DNA of 20,752 bases from Candidatus Krumholzibacteriia bacterium (GTDB lineage: Bacteria > Krumholzibacteriota > Krumholzibacteriia > LZORAL124-64-63). Position 1 is the first letter of the stretch. Each line of letters begins with the position of its first letter. A program made the translations under genes and the position numbers. The DNA lies in the NCBI GenBank assembly GCA_036351155.1, contig JAZBOO010000152.1:1-20752 (forward strand). The letters run 5' to 3'. The notes under the pieces are model-generated. The model was not told the DNA's origin, searched no databases, and saw only the letters and a list, made by a program, of their open reading frames with translations. This document shows, in pieces, positions 1 through 9,371 of this stretch.

Positions 1-1134
1 GAACTTCTCGACCGCCCGCATCAGACCGCTGTTGCCTTCCTGGATCAGGTCCAGGAATTCCAGCCCACGGTTGGTGTACCGCTTGGCAATGGAAATCACC
101 AGACGCACGTTGGCCTCGATCATCTCACGCTGAGCCGTGTCCACCTGCTGGCGGCCCATCAGGATCTCGTTGCCGATCCGCCGCAGTTCCTCGGTGGACA
201 GATTGATCTCGCGCTCGATGTCCTGGATGCGCTTGCGATAGTTCTTGATCACGCGGTGAGCTTCACGGATGTCCTCGGCATTGGCCGCCCCGGACACGCG
301 CCCCTTCAGGGCCGCAGCCATTTCCCCGAAGGGCAGCCCCACCTCTTCCTCGGCCTTGGCAATCAGAGCCTGCAGGTCCTCAACCTTGCTGTTGACCAGC
401 ATCAGGCGGTTGGAAAGCTGCTCGATCAGCGCCGGCGCCAGCTGCAGATCCAGGAAGCTGTCCAGGATCTTCTTTTCCCGGGACTGGACCATACGGGTCA
501 AGGTGGCCACCCGGGTGCCCAGGGTGCAGGAGTTCAGCTCCGCCTGGTGAGCCGCCAGCTCCTTCTGCCACTTCTCGATGTTGTCCAGCGTGCGCACGAT
601 GCGCTTGCCTTCCTTCTTGGCCGACAGGTGCACGTTCCACGTGCTGGTGTCCTGCTGGATCACCTCGTCCACGTGGACGCCGTCGTTCAGAAGGTGGTGG
701 GCCGTCTGGCGCAATTCCTTGAGGCTATGGTTGGAGCGCAGCGTGGCCTGAATGATGGCCACCCGACCATCTTCCATGCGACGCGCCAGGTTCACTTCCC
801 CCTGCCGGGTCAGCAGAGGCACCCGCCCCATCTCACGAAGGTACATGCGCACCGGATCGTCATACTTGATGTTGGTCCGGGTGGCTTTCTTGGCCGTGGC
901 GACCTTCTTTTTTTCCTTCTTCTTGCGCCGGGAAATCTTGGTCTTGGCCTCATCCTCGCTGTCATAATAATCGATCTGCAGCTCACCCAGTTTTTCGTAG
1001 ATGCGGTCGATGATCTCGACGTTCACATCGTCGCCCAGGTGGTCGTTGATCTGGTCGTGAAGAATGTATCCGCCCTGGGCGGTGGCTTCCTTGCGGATCT
1101 TTTCGATCGTGGATTCAAATCGTGCTTTATCCAT
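1..1134 (-). CDS. rpoD: RNA polymerase primary sigma factor RpoD (sigma-70), 3' part runs off the window
   Basis: Translated manually from ATG at 1134: [17 protein letters not shown]...[32 protein letters not shown] (region 1.2)...[42 protein letters not shown] (regions 2.1-2.2), in frame to base 1. GGGAG RBS-like motif upstream; directly downstream of dnaG. Confidence 0.97.
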   Translation of the reverse strand, partial: MDKARFESTIEKIRKEATAQGGYILHDQINDHLGDDVNVEIIDRIYEKLGELQIDYYDSEDEAKTKISRRKKKEKKKVATAKKATRTNIKYDDPVRMYLREMGRVPLLTRQGEVNLARRMEDGRVAIIQATLRSNHSLKELRQTAHHLLNDGVHVDEVIQQDTSTWNVHLSAKKEGKRIVRTLDNIEKWQKELAAHQAELNSCTLGTRVATLTRMVQSREKKILDSFLDLQLAPALIEQLSNRLMLVNSKVEDLQALIAKAEEEVGLPFGEMAAALKGRVSGAANAEDIREAHRVIKNYRKRIQDIEREINLSTEELRRIGNEILMGRQQVDTAQREMIEANVRLVISIAKRYTNRGLEFLDLIQEGNSGLMRAVEKF

Positions 1135-1159
1135 TGGCGCCTGAAACTCCCGTTTTCAA

Positions 1160-2977
1160 TCAGCCCTGACGGGGTCTATGACCCTGCTTGAGCCGGCCGA
1201 GACAATCCTTGATGACTTGGGCAAAATCCGTCGTCTGGGGACGATCCTCCCTTTCCAGCAATCGGCTGACAAAGGCACGGTAACCGCTGTCACCAACGGT
1301 GTTCCACCTCGCCAGGATAAACTCCCGGGGGGGTACGCCAGGCCCTTTTCTGCTTTCCGCGGCCCATTCACCCAGTTCACCGGCCAGGGTTTCGGCCCCG
1401 TCCAGCACCAGAATCAGGTCGTCGCGGCAGTCCAGAAAGGTCCGGGCTGCATTCCCGGAGTCGTCCCACAGAAGGTGGGACAGCATCTCCGTTTCAATAT
1501 TCTCAACTTGCACCAGACCCATCCGCCGGCGCACGCGCGGTCCACGGCGCGTAACCTCCAGACCGGACTGCCCATCCGGGCCATCCGGACCCTCCAGTTC
1601 CGGCGGAGGAGGCCCCATGGCAGGACCAGGGTCGCCGCCGGCCGGAATCGATCTGGCCGGGGCACGCGAGGTGGGAACCGTCTTCCGGGTCTGGGGTTCC
1701 AGGTTGGCCAGATTCGACCGCAGGATTTCCACCGGCATCCCGAACACCTCGGCCGCCTCCTGGAGGACGTACTCCTGCTTGATCAGGTCGGGTATCCCCA
1801 CCACCGTTTGCAGGGCTTGCCGCAAGGCTCGTTCATTGACCTCACGTCCAGCGCCCTTCTCCTCGGCCAGTCCCTTCAGGAAAGGAATGTAGCCCTGAGA
1901 CTGGTGAAGGCAATCGGCCATTTCCTCCACGCCGTGGTCAATCACCAGCGAGGCGGGATCTTCACCATCGGGCAGCGTCACGATGCGCGGCTCCAGCCCA
2001 TTCCTCAGAGCCACATCCGCCGACCGTACCGCCGCCTTCAACCCGGCCTTGTCTCCGTCGAAAACCAGGAGCACCCGCTGCGCCCCCCGTCTGATCAACT
2101 TGGCCTGCTCCTCGGTGAAAGCCGTGCCGCAGGTGGCCACCACGTTGTGAATCCCCACCTGCACCAGGGCCAGCACGTCCAGATACCCCTCCACCAGTAT
2201 GGCCGTCTTTTCCCGGGCAATCGGCATGCGAGACGCCTCGAATCCATAGAGGAGACGACCCTTGGAAAAGTACGAACTGTCAGCGGAATTCAGGTATTTC
2301 GGTTCACCTTCATCGATCACCCGGCCGCCGAATCCGACCACCTGGCGCGAGATATTCTTGATGGGAAATATAATCCGGTTGCGAAAATAGGCAAATGAGC
2401 CCGGGCGGTCCCCCCGCCGCAGCAGATCGGCCCGATGGGCCAGTTCGCTGTCCACTCCTCCCTTGGCCAGACCCTGTTCCAGCCAGCCGCTGCCCCCCGG
2501 TGCCCAGCCCACGTCGAAATCGCGCAGCACCTTTTCCTGAAAACCCCGGCGGGCCAGGTATTCGGCGGCCCGCTTCCCCGGACCGGTGTCCCAGAGGGCC
2601 TCTTTCCACAGCCCCATGGCTGTTTCATTGGCGCGATGGAAGCTGCGTCGCTCGCCCTCGGCCTCGTCATCGGCCAGGTAGCTGGACAGATCGATATCCA
2701 GAGGACGGGCCAGTATTTCCACCGCTTCGGGAAAACTGAGGCCTTCGATTTCCATCAGGAAGGAAATGGCATCACCCCCGGCCCCACAGCCAAAGCAATG
2801 ATAGCGGCCCCGGCTGGGCGTCACGATGAAGCTGGGTGTTTTTTCCTTGTGAAACGGACACAGGCCCTTGAACACGCTGCCGGCCGCCTTGAGACTGACG
2901 TGCTGACGCACGATCTCGGCGATATCGGTCTCGTCCTTGACGCGGGCGATGATGTCGGAAGAAAAGACAGGTGTCAT
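1160..2977 (-). CDS. dnaG: DNA primase
   Basis: Zn-binding domain CPFHKEKTPSF...YHCFGCG; catalytic core FRNRIIFPI, FGGR, PKYLNS; TOPRIM motifs VEGYLDV and FDGDKAG, EDP. Start placed at ATG 2977 (MTPVFSSDII) rather than the ORF-track start at 3079, which spans the likely promoter. Confidence 0.96.
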   Translation of the reverse strand: MTPVFSSDIIARVKDETDIAEIVRQHVSLKAAGSVFKGLCPFHKEKTPSFIVTPSRGRYHCFGCGAGGDAISFLMEIEGLSFPEAVEILARPLDIDLSSYLADDEAEGERRSFHRANETAMGLWKEALWDTGPGKRAAEYLARRGFQEKVLRDFDVGWAPGGSGWLEQGLAKGGVDSELAHRADLLRRGDRPGSFAYFRNRIIFPIKNISRQVVGFGGRVIDEGEPKYLNSADSSYFSKGRLLYGFEASRMPIAREKTAILVEGYLDVLALVQVGIHNVVATCGTAFTEEQAKLIRRGAQRVLLVFDGDKAGLKAAVRSADVALRNGLEPRIVTLPDGEDPASLVIDHGVEEMADCLHQSQGYIPFLKGLAEEKGAGREVNERALRQALQTVVGIPDLIKQEYVLQEAAEVFGMPVEILRSNLANLEPQTRKTVPTSRAPARSIPAGGDPGPAMGPPPPELEGPDGPDGQSGLEVTRRGPRVRRRMGLVQVENIETEMLSHLLWDDSGNAARTFLDCRDDLILVLDGAETLAGELGEWAAESRKGPGVPPREFILARWNTVGDSGYRAFVSRLLEREDRPQTTDFAQVIKDCLGRLKQGHRPRQG

Positions 2978-2989
2978 CTGGGGTGACCC

Positions 2990-3018
2990 GGGTTTGCCGC
3001 CACTTGGGTTTGCCGCCA
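2990..3018. repeat. Perfect 13-bp direct repeat GGGTTTGCCGCCA x2 in the dnaG leader
   Basis: Copies at 2990-3002 and 3006-3018, separated by CTT. Confidence 0.85.
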
Positions 3019-3038
3019 TTGGTGCCGCGGGAACGATA

Positions 3039-3068
3039 AAGTTAACACGCGGTGTCAAGCTGACACAA
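3039..3068 (-). promoter_or_regulatory. Putative sigma-70 promoter for dnaG-rpoD with an overlapping palindrome
   Basis: Minus strand reads TTGTGT-N18-TAACTT with an extended -10 TG. A TTGACA lies at 3053-3058, inside the inverted repeat GTGTCA-AGC-TGACAC (3052-3066). AT-rich patch in a GC-rich background. Confidence 0.45.
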
Positions 3069-3110
3069 TTAATCCTCACCGCCCGGACACCGCAAGGCCC
3101 CTTGGCTGCC

Positions 3111-5579
3111 TTATCCGCGCAGCTTCACCCGGGTGGCGCCGGCCCCGCCCCGTCCCTGTCCGGCCTCTGAAAAGGAGGCCACCCGGGGGTCGGATTTCAA
3201 CCGCAGATGCAGGTGATCGCGAAGCCTACCGGTGCCGAATCCGTGAATCACGTGCACCACCTCCAGGCCCGCGGGGATGGCTCGATCGATCAGGCGATCC
3301 AGCCGCAGCCAGCCCTCTTCCCCCGTTTCGCCACGCAGGTCGATCTCGTGCTCAGCGGTGGGGGTTTCCCCTTGCCAGGACCAGCTACCCAGTCCTGCGG
3401 CCGGCTCGGCAGGGGCTACCTCGTTGCCGTCCTCGGTCATCGGGCGCACGGCATCGGGTCCCAGGGTCAGGCGCAGCCCATCGGCGGTGGCGGTGATCTT
3501 TTCTCCCCGGATTTCCACAATACGCCCTTTCAGTCCCAGGTGAGGGATGCGGATTCTCATGCCCTCGGCGAGGTCGGCGGCCCGTGGAGCGGGAGTCTTG
3601 TCCGGGGACAGTGTGCTGTCCAGCTGGTCCTGGATCTCTTCCACCTTGTTCCGGGCAGCCTTGACCACCCGAGGTCCCGCCTGACCGGCACGGATTTCGC
3701 GGACGGCCCTTTCGATATCCCGGCGCCCCTGCCGCACCAGGTCCTCGGCCTTCTTCCGGGCAGCGGCCACGGCGTCCCGCTTCTCCTTGGCCAGGCCCTT
3801 CAGACGCTGGTCCAGTTCCCGGTTGCCCGTCTTCAGCAGATCAGCCTGACGCGCCACTTCCTGCTGCTGATCGATCAGCTCCCGGGCCCGGCGATCCAGG
3901 TCGCTCAGCAGTTTTTCGACCTGCACCCTCTCTTCTCCGGCCATGGCGCGCGCCCGATCCAGCAGCCCCGCGGGAAAGCCCATGCGGCCGGCAATATCGA
4001 AGGCATGGCTGGTGCCCGGATCGCCCACCCGGAAGGTGAACAGCGGTTGCAGGTCGGTTTCATCGTAATCCATGGCCGCGTTGACCATGAGGGGATGATC
4101 ATGCACCGCCGCCTTCAGCAGCCCGTAGTGGGTGCTGGCCAGGACCTGGGCGCCGCGGTCCACCAGTTCCTCCAGCACGGCGAAGGCCAGGGCGGTGCCT
4201 TCGTGGGGGTCGGTTCCGCTGCCGATCTCATCACAGATCACCAGGGTGCCCGGCCCCGCGTCGGCCATGAACCGGCTCAGGTGCTTCAGATGGGCCGAGA
4301 AGCTGCTCAGGGCCTCGGCGATGGACTGATCGTCCCCCAGGTCCACCAGGATGCGCCGCACCATGGGCAGGCAGGTGTCTTCACGCGCCGGCACATCCCA
4401 GCCACACTGGGCCAGCAGGCAGAACACCCCCACCGTTTTGAGAGCCACCGATTTACCGCCGGCGTTGGGGCCGCTGATGACCAGAGCCCGGCCATCGGCG
4501 GGAACTTCCAGATCCAGGGGAACCACAGCACGGAGACCCTGTGCCGGGTCACCCTGTCCCAGGGCCGCCATGAGCAGAGGATGCCGCCCCCCACGAATAC
4601 AGATGGTCCCTTCCTCCGCTAAGCGCACGCGCTGACCGCCCACCGACCGGCTCCAGAGCAAGCCGGCCCGCACCGCATCAAGTTCAAGCATGAGGGCCGC
4701 CGCTTCCCGCAAACTCGACGCGGCTTGCTCCACGGCCCGGTTCAGTTCGAAGAGGATGCGTGCCTCCTCGGAGGCGATCTCCAGACGGGTTTCGGCCAGC
4801 TCGTTGGCCAGCCGCACCACCGAGGCGGGCTCGACGAACAAGGTGGCGCCGGTGCTGGAGCGGTCGTGAACGATGCCCGGGATGCGGTTGCTGTCCCCCG
4901 ACCGCATGGGCAAGCAAAAACGATCACCTCTCAGGGTAATCTCCCCGGCGGTGGTCCATCCCCTGGCCTTGGCCTGGCCCATGGCCTGGCTCATTTCGTG
5001 GCGGACCGCCCTCTCCTGACCACCCACCGCCCGGCGCAGACGCGCCAGCAAGGGGCTGGCCGCATCGACGATATAACCGTCGCGATCCAGGGCCCGCCGG
5101 ATGGCTCCACTCAATCCGGAAAAGGTGGACATCTGCACGGCGGCCTCACCCCAGTGGGGGCACCGTTCCCGCCGGTCCAGGAAGTGATCGCGGAAGAGAT
5201 CGAAGGTCTCGGCCACCGTGGCCAGATGCACCAGGTCCGGACCCTCCAGCCGCACCGGGGGCGGCTGTTCCAGCAGATCCAGAGCATCGCCCAGATCCAG
5301 CAGAGGGGGCCAGAGATTCTGCTGCCCTTCGGAACGAATCTCATCGGCCAGCTGGTGTTGCAGTTCGATGGCCGCAGGACTGGTGAGGGGACGATGCGCC
5401 TGGACGATCTGCGCGGCGCGCGCGTTGAGACAGTGGGCCGCCACCTGGGCCTTGACCCGGGACCACTCCAGGAGGTGGTCCGACCGCGCTCCCAGGATCA
5501 CGTCACCCTCGCGGCGGGATCCATCGATCCGGTCCAGAAGGGTGATCACATGACCAGGGTCAGAACTATCCGGCATCAT
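3111..5579 (-). CDS. mutS2: MutS2 family ATPase with C-terminal KOW and Smr domains
   Basis: GIVHDRSSTGATLFVEP; Walker A ISGPNAGGKSVALK; DLGDDQSI...LSSFSAH; DEIGSGTDP; STHY; GDPGTSHAFDIA; coiled coil; KOW-like segment; Smr IDLRG...VIHGFGTGRLR...GGAGAT. Start at ATG 5579 or 5576, overlapping the cvpA end. Confidence 0.95.
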   Translation of the reverse strand: MMPDSSDPGHVITLLDRIDGSRREGDVILGARSDHLLEWSRVKAQVAAHCLNARAAQIVQAHRPLTSPAAIELQHQLADEIRSEGQQNLWPPLLDLGDALDLLEQPPPVRLEGPDLVHLATVAETFDLFRDHFLDRRERCPHWGEAAVQMSTFSGLSGAIRRALDRDGYIVDAASPLLARLRRAVGGQERAVRHEMSQAMGQAKARGWTTAGEITLRGDRFCLPMRSGDSNRIPGIVHDRSSTGATLFVEPASVVRLANELAETRLEIASEEARILFELNRAVEQAASSLREAAALMLELDAVRAGLLWSRSVGGQRVRLAEEGTICIRGGRHPLLMAALGQGDPAQGLRAVVPLDLEVPADGRALVISGPNAGGKSVALKTVGVFCLLAQCGWDVPAREDTCLPMVRRILVDLGDDQSIAEALSSFSAHLKHLSRFMADAGPGTLVICDEIGSGTDPHEGTALAFAVLEELVDRGAQVLASTHYGLLKAAVHDHPLMVNAAMDYDETDLQPLFTFRVGDPGTSHAFDIAGRMGFPAGLLDRARAMAGEERVQVEKLLSDLDRRARELIDQQQEVARQADLLKTGNRELDQRLKGLAKEKRDAVAAARKKAEDLVRQGRRDIERAVREIRAGQAGPRVVKAARNKVEEIQDQLDSTLSPDKTPAPRAADLAEGMRIRIPHLGLKGRIVEIRGEKITATADGLRLTLGPDAVRPMTEDGNEVAPAEPAAGLGSWSWQGETPTAEHEIDLRGETGEEGWLRLDRLIDRAIPAGLEVVHVIHGFGTGRLRDHLHLRLKSDPRVASFSEAGQGRGGAGATRVKLRG

Positions 5580-6204
5580 CGAGTTTTTCCCGGACTTTCT
5601 TTTCCACGTCATCTTTCAGGTCATCGGCCGTCTTGTCGAGGGCTCCTCCCACCTGATCGGTGGCCGTGTCCGCCGCTCCCTTGGTGGTTTCGAGCACCCG
5701 GTTCCAGACATCATCCACCTTGCCACCCCCCAGCCCTCGCGCTGCGCGGTACACGTTGGGGGCCGCGTAGAAGATGAAGCGGCCCGCCGGGTTGCGGTCA
5801 TAGGCCGGCTGGACCCCCTCGGCCCCGGGCACCTGGCTGAGCGCTACCAGGATCACGCTGATCACCAGGGTGCCGAAGGCCATGCCCACCACGGCGCCGC
5901 CAATCTTGTCCAGGCTGCCCAGGATGGTCAGGCGCACCAGCTTGCTCAGCCCCTTGGCCAGCAGCCGGGATAGAATGAGCCCGGCAATGAACAGGCCGGC
6001 CCAGGTCATCAGCAACGCGGGGCCCTCGGCGGCGCCGGTCTGATCCATGACCCAGGGCGACACGCTGGTGGCAAACCGGGCGGTCAAGATCAGGGCCACG
6101 AACACACCGGCAATTTCGATGATGCGCTTGATCACCCCATCGCGGTAACCCAGCACCCCGAACACAGCGATGGCCACCAGAGCCAGAATCAGGGGTAAAT
6201 CCAT
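5566..6204 (-). CDS. cvpA: CvpA (colicin V production) family membrane protein
   Basis: N-terminal MDLPLIL...GYRDGVIKRII, four hydrophobic segments and the LDKIGGAVVG motif; a cvpA-family gene near mutS2 is a known linkage. ATG 6204 sits 2 nt after the yqeY stop. Confidence 0.85.
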   Translation of the reverse strand: MDLPLILALVAIAVFGVLGYRDGVIKRIIEIAGVFVALILTARFATSVSPWVMDQTGAAEGPALLMTWAGLFIAGLILSRLLAKGLSKLVRLTILGSLDKIGGAVVGMAFGTLVISVILVALSQVPGAEGVQPAYDRNPAGRFIFYAAPNVYRAARGLGGGKVDDVWNRVLETTKGAADTATDQVGGALDKTADDLKDDVEKKVREKLDDAG

Positions 6205-6206
6205 GA

Positions 6207-6662
6207 TCAACCCGCCAGCAGTTTCTTGACCAGAGCGCTGACCCGTCCGCCGTCGGCGCGTCCCGTGGTCTGGGGCATGATGGCCTTCATGACCTTGCCC
6301 ATGTCCTTCATCCCGGTGGCGCCCGATTCCTCGATACCCTGGCGGACGATGCCCTCCAGTTCGGCATCGGACAGCTCGGCCGGCAAGAACTCGGCCACGA
6401 TGACAAGTTCGGCCTCGGCCGCCGCCTTCAGTTCCTCGCGACCGCCATCGCCGTAGCTGGCGATCTGATCCTTCACCTTCCGGGCATAAGAGCCCAGGAT
6501 GCGCATCACGTCGGCGTCCTCGAGTTCGCGGCGCTCGTCCACCTCCACCTGCTTGACCGCAGCCTGGAGCATGCGCAGCACCCCCAGCCGACCCTTGTCC
6601 TTGGCCTTCATGGCGACAATGACTTCACTCTTGAGCCTGGCGGCGATTTCACTCTGGGCCAT
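6207..6662 (-). CDS. yqeY: GatB/YqeY domain protein
   Basis: AMKAKDKGRLGVLRML...GREEL...EFLPAELS...GATGMKDMGKVMKAIMPQTTGRADGGRVSALVKKLL. ATG 6662 preceded by purine-rich GGAAAGGGAAG; the longer ORF-track start overlaps rsmE. Confidence 0.93.
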   Translation of the reverse strand: MAQSEIAARLKSEVIVAMKAKDKGRLGVLRMLQAAVKQVEVDERRELEDADVMRILGSYARKVKDQIASYGDGGREELKAAAEAELVIVAEFLPAELSDAELEGIVRQGIEESGATGMKDMGKVMKAIMPQTTGRADGGRVSALVKKLLAG

Positions 6663-6724
6663 GGGTCTTCCCTTTCCGGAAAAATGATGTGTGCTGGCCA
6701 TGAAAAGGCCCCGCACCGTGCGTG

Positions 6725-7498
6725 TCAACCAGAAGCGGGTCCGGCGGACAGCCAAGCCTGACGCAATTCCTGCAAGGCCAGCAGACCGGCCACCGCCGCG
6801 GTCTCGGTCCGCAGCACATGGGGCCCCAGGTTCAGCGGCACAGCAGAGCTCTTCTTCAGGTGGTCCTCTTCGGCTGGAGACCAGCCCCCTTCGGGCCCGA
6901 TCAGCACGGTCAGGCGGGAGGGCACCGGGCCCTGATGAGAGTTCAGGTACCGGGTCCAGGAAGAGGCATCCTCCTGCACTCCCGGCACCGCGCCATAGGC
7001 CAGCCAGCCCGAGGACTGAGCCAGGAAATCCTTCAGTTCCGTCAGTTCGGCCAGATCGGGCAGCCACGTGCGCCCACTTTGCTTCAGGGCCGCTTTCATG
7101 ATGGTTTGCCAGCGCTGAAACTTGCCTCCGCCCGGCTCAACCACCCCATGCTCCGTGCGCAGGGGGACCACCTGGTGAGCCCCCGCTTCCACCGCTTTTT
7201 CCAGGGCCCATTCAAATCGCTTGGCCTTCACCACGGCGCAGGCCAGCACCAGCTGGGGCTGAGCAAACTCTCCCACATCGTCATGGACGTCGAGGATTTC
7301 CAGGGTGGCTTTGCGGCGAGAGCCACCCACCGAGCGCGCGGTGAACCGGTGTCCGCGGCCATCGGTCAGGTTCAGGACCTGTTCCCGGCCGGAGCGCAGC
7401 ACGGTGAAGAGGTGGTGACTCTCTTCGGCATCGAGGGCCACCTCCTGGCCCGGGGCAGGAATCTGCCCGGGGTCCGTTTCCAGATAGAATTGCCTCAC
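6725..7498 (-). CDS. rsmE: 16S rRNA m3U1498 methyltransferase
   Basis: HHLFTVLR, FEWALEKAVEAG, AALKQSGR, LIGPEGGWS, LGPHVLRTETAA (SPOUT RsmE motifs). GTG start with GAGGAG upstream. Confidence 0.95.
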   Translation of the reverse strand: MRQFYLETDPGQIPAPGQEVALDAEESHHLFTVLRSGREQVLNLTDGRGHRFTARSVGGSRRKATLEILDVHDDVGEFAQPQLVLACAVVKAKRFEWALEKAVEAGAHQVVPLRTEHGVVEPGGGKFQRWQTIMKAALKQSGRTWLPDLAELTELKDFLAQSSGWLAYGAVPGVQEDASSWTRYLNSHQGPVPSRLTVLIGPEGGWSPAEEDHLKKSSAVPLNLGPHVLRTETAAVAGLLALQELRQAWLSAGPASG

Positions 7499-7528
7499 GC
7501 GCCGCTCCTCATCCGATCAACCGTCCGA

Positions 7529-8674
7529 TCAATCAAACAGGTGCCGACCAGGCGGCGGCACCGTACCGGCCAGTTCCTTTTGCAGACCTTCCAGTCGGCT
7601 CTTGAGGTCCTTGCTGAGCTTGCCCGGCGTCCAGGCCAGGACGCGCACGAGCTGGTCACCGGTCCCGGGTCGGTTCACGTGGGGAATGTCCTTGCCCCGC
7701 ATCCGGAAAACCTTGTGCGACTGGGTGCCGGCAGGGATTTTCAGGGCCACCTTCCCCTCGAGGGTGGGCACCTCGACCTTGGTGCCCAGCATCAGGTCCA
7801 CGGGAGAAACCGGGACATCGATCAAGAGGTCGTCACCGTGGCGTTCGAACAGATCGTCCTCACCCACCTCGAACACCACCCGGAGATGTCCGGCGGGCGC
7901 GCCCATGGCCCCGGCGTCGCCTTTTCCCTGCAGTTCCATGTAGTTGCCGCTGGAAACCCCGGCGGGCACCTTCAGTTCGATGGTTTCCTCGCCCCGGATG
8001 GTCCCGGTGCCCCGGCAGTCCCCGCAAGGATTCTCGACGATGGTCCCCTGCCCGTGGCACTGGGGACACACGCCCTCGGTCATCATCTGGCCCAGCAGGG
8101 ACTGGCGCACCTGGCGCACGCGCCCCTGGCCTCGGCACTGGCTGCAGGTCACCGGCCGGCTGCCCGGCTTGGCACCGCTGCCGCTGCAGGTCGTGCACGG
8201 CACCTGCTTGTTCACCTTCAGCTTCTTGGTGGCCCCGAGGGCCGCTTCCAGCAAGGTCACCTTGAGGGAGATCTGCAGATCCCGGCCCCGTCCGCGACCA
8301 CCGCCGCGAGCTTCGCCGCCAAACATGTCACCAAAGCCGCCGCCCCCGCCGCCGCCCATCCCGAAGTTGCGCAGGAAACTTTCCAGGGCATCGTTGAGAT
8401 CCACATTGAAACCGGCCCCGCCATAACCGCCCCCCGGAAAACCGCCGTCGGCGGAGGTGTGCCCGAACTGGTCGTACTGGGCCCGCTTCTGGGTGTCCTT
8501 CAGCACTTCGTAGGCTTCGGTGGCCTCACGAAATTTCTCGGCTGCCGTCGGGTCATCCGGATTCTTGTCGGGGTGATGCTTGATGGCCAGCTTGCGGTAG
8601 GCCCGCTTGACATCCGCGGCCGCAGCATCCCTGCTCACGCCCAGAACATCGTAATAATCCCTTTTAGCGCTCAT
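7529..8674 (-). CDS. dnaJ: Chaperone DnaJ (class A)
   Basis: J-domain RDYYDVLGV...HPDKN; G/F-rich linker; four CxxCxGxG repeats ([32 protein letters not shown]); C-terminal substrate-binding domain. Confidence 0.98.
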   Translation of the reverse strand: MSAKRDYYDVLGVSRDAAAADVKRAYRKLAIKHHPDKNPDDPTAAEKFREATEAYEVLKDTQKRAQYDQFGHTSADGGFPGGGYGGAGFNVDLNDALESFLRNFGMGGGGGGGFGDMFGGEARGGGRGRGRDLQISLKVTLLEAALGATKKLKVNKQVPCTTCSGSGAKPGSRPVTCSQCRGQGRVRQVRQSLLGQMMTEGVCPQCHGQGTIVENPCGDCRGTGTIRGEETIELKVPAGVSSGNYMELQGKGDAGAMGAPAGHLRVVFEVGEDDLFERHGDDLLIDVPVSPVDLMLGTKVEVPTLEGKVALKIPAGTQSHKVFRMRGKDIPHVNRPGTGDQLVRVLAWTPGKLSKDLKSRLEGLQKELAGTVPPPGRHLFD

Positions 8675-8702
8675 ATCCGCCTCTTGTTGTGGTTGGTCCG
8701 CA

Positions 8703-9308
8703 TCAGCTGGAAATGATCACCCGGGAGGGCCGCAACACCATGTCATTCAACCGGAAACCCTGCTGAACCACCTCGATGACCACGCCGGGCTCGACTCCGT
8801 CCCGCGGAAACTGGCCCACCGCCTCGTGCACGGTCGGATCAAATTCCTGTTCCAGGGCCTCGATGGCCTCGACGCCCTGATCCTTCAGGACACGCCGAAA
8901 ACTCTGGAAAATGAGTTCCACACCTTCTCGCAGCCCCTGGGGCTCCCCAGTATCCCCGGCATCGCCCATGGACTGCAAGGCTCTTTCGAAATTGTCGTGG
9001 ACCTCGAGAAAGGAACGCAGGGCATCGGCCTGGGCAAACCGTCGACTGTCCATCACCTGACGGCTGGAACGCTTGCGCACGTTGTCCAGCTCGGCCAGCA
9101 CCCGCAGCCACTTCTCCTTGAACTCGTCACGCTCACGTTCGGCCACTTCCAGGGGGGACAGCTCCGGCTCTTCCACCACTTCCAGAGGCTCCTCGGTGCC
9201 CGCATCCTGGTCGGTGAAAGCTTCTTCGGAAGCCTCGTTCTCCAGTTCCCCGTTGTTCATGGCTTCCATTTCCTGTTGCTGGTCCTGTTTCTTTTTCTTC
9301 TTGCTCAT
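8703..9308 (-). CDS. grpE: Nucleotide exchange factor GrpE
   Basis: [49 protein letters not shown]. Start at ATG 9308 (MSKKKKK) with GAGAGG RBS upstream. Confidence 0.96.
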   Translation of the reverse strand: MSKKKKKQDQQQEMEAMNNGELENEASEEAFTDQDAGTEEPLEVVEEPELSPLEVAERERDEFKEKWLRVLAELDNVRKRSSRQVMDSRRFAQADALRSFLEVHDNFERALQSMGDAGDTGEPQGLREGVELIFQSFRRVLKDQGVEAIEALEQEFDPTVHEAVGQFPRDGVEPGVVIEVVQQGFRLNDMVLRPSRVIISS

Positions 9309-9371
9309 CAGGGCAAAACCTCTCTGCGTTTCTGCTCTATCGGGCAATGAATGCGGTCATGCTGATCGTGG

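Noticed and set aside
2978..3079. N-terminal extensions proposed by the ORF track (dnaG from 3079; also yqeY from 7067, kinase from 16056, DUF5683-like from 15190)
   Set aside because: They run through promoters, the tRNA or neighbouring genes and add no family-like sequence; internal ATGs fit better.
6663..6724. rpsU (S21), often found before yqeY or dnaG
   Set aside because: The gap is only 62 nt, and the mutS2-dnaG gap shows no S21-like ORF either.
8664..8690. TTAGCGCTC, one mismatch from a CIRCE half-site, at the dnaJ start
   Set aside because: The second arm after 9 nt reads TCTTGTTGT instead of GAGTGCTAA, and the match is explained by the dnaJ codons for M-S-A-K.
8664..8705. Selenocysteine read-through of TGA stops (grpE, also dnaJ, hemW, lepB, hrcA)
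   Set aside because: Each protein is already full length at its TGA and no TGA aligns with a catalytic Cys. grpE read-through would add only about 13 residues overlapping dnaJ.
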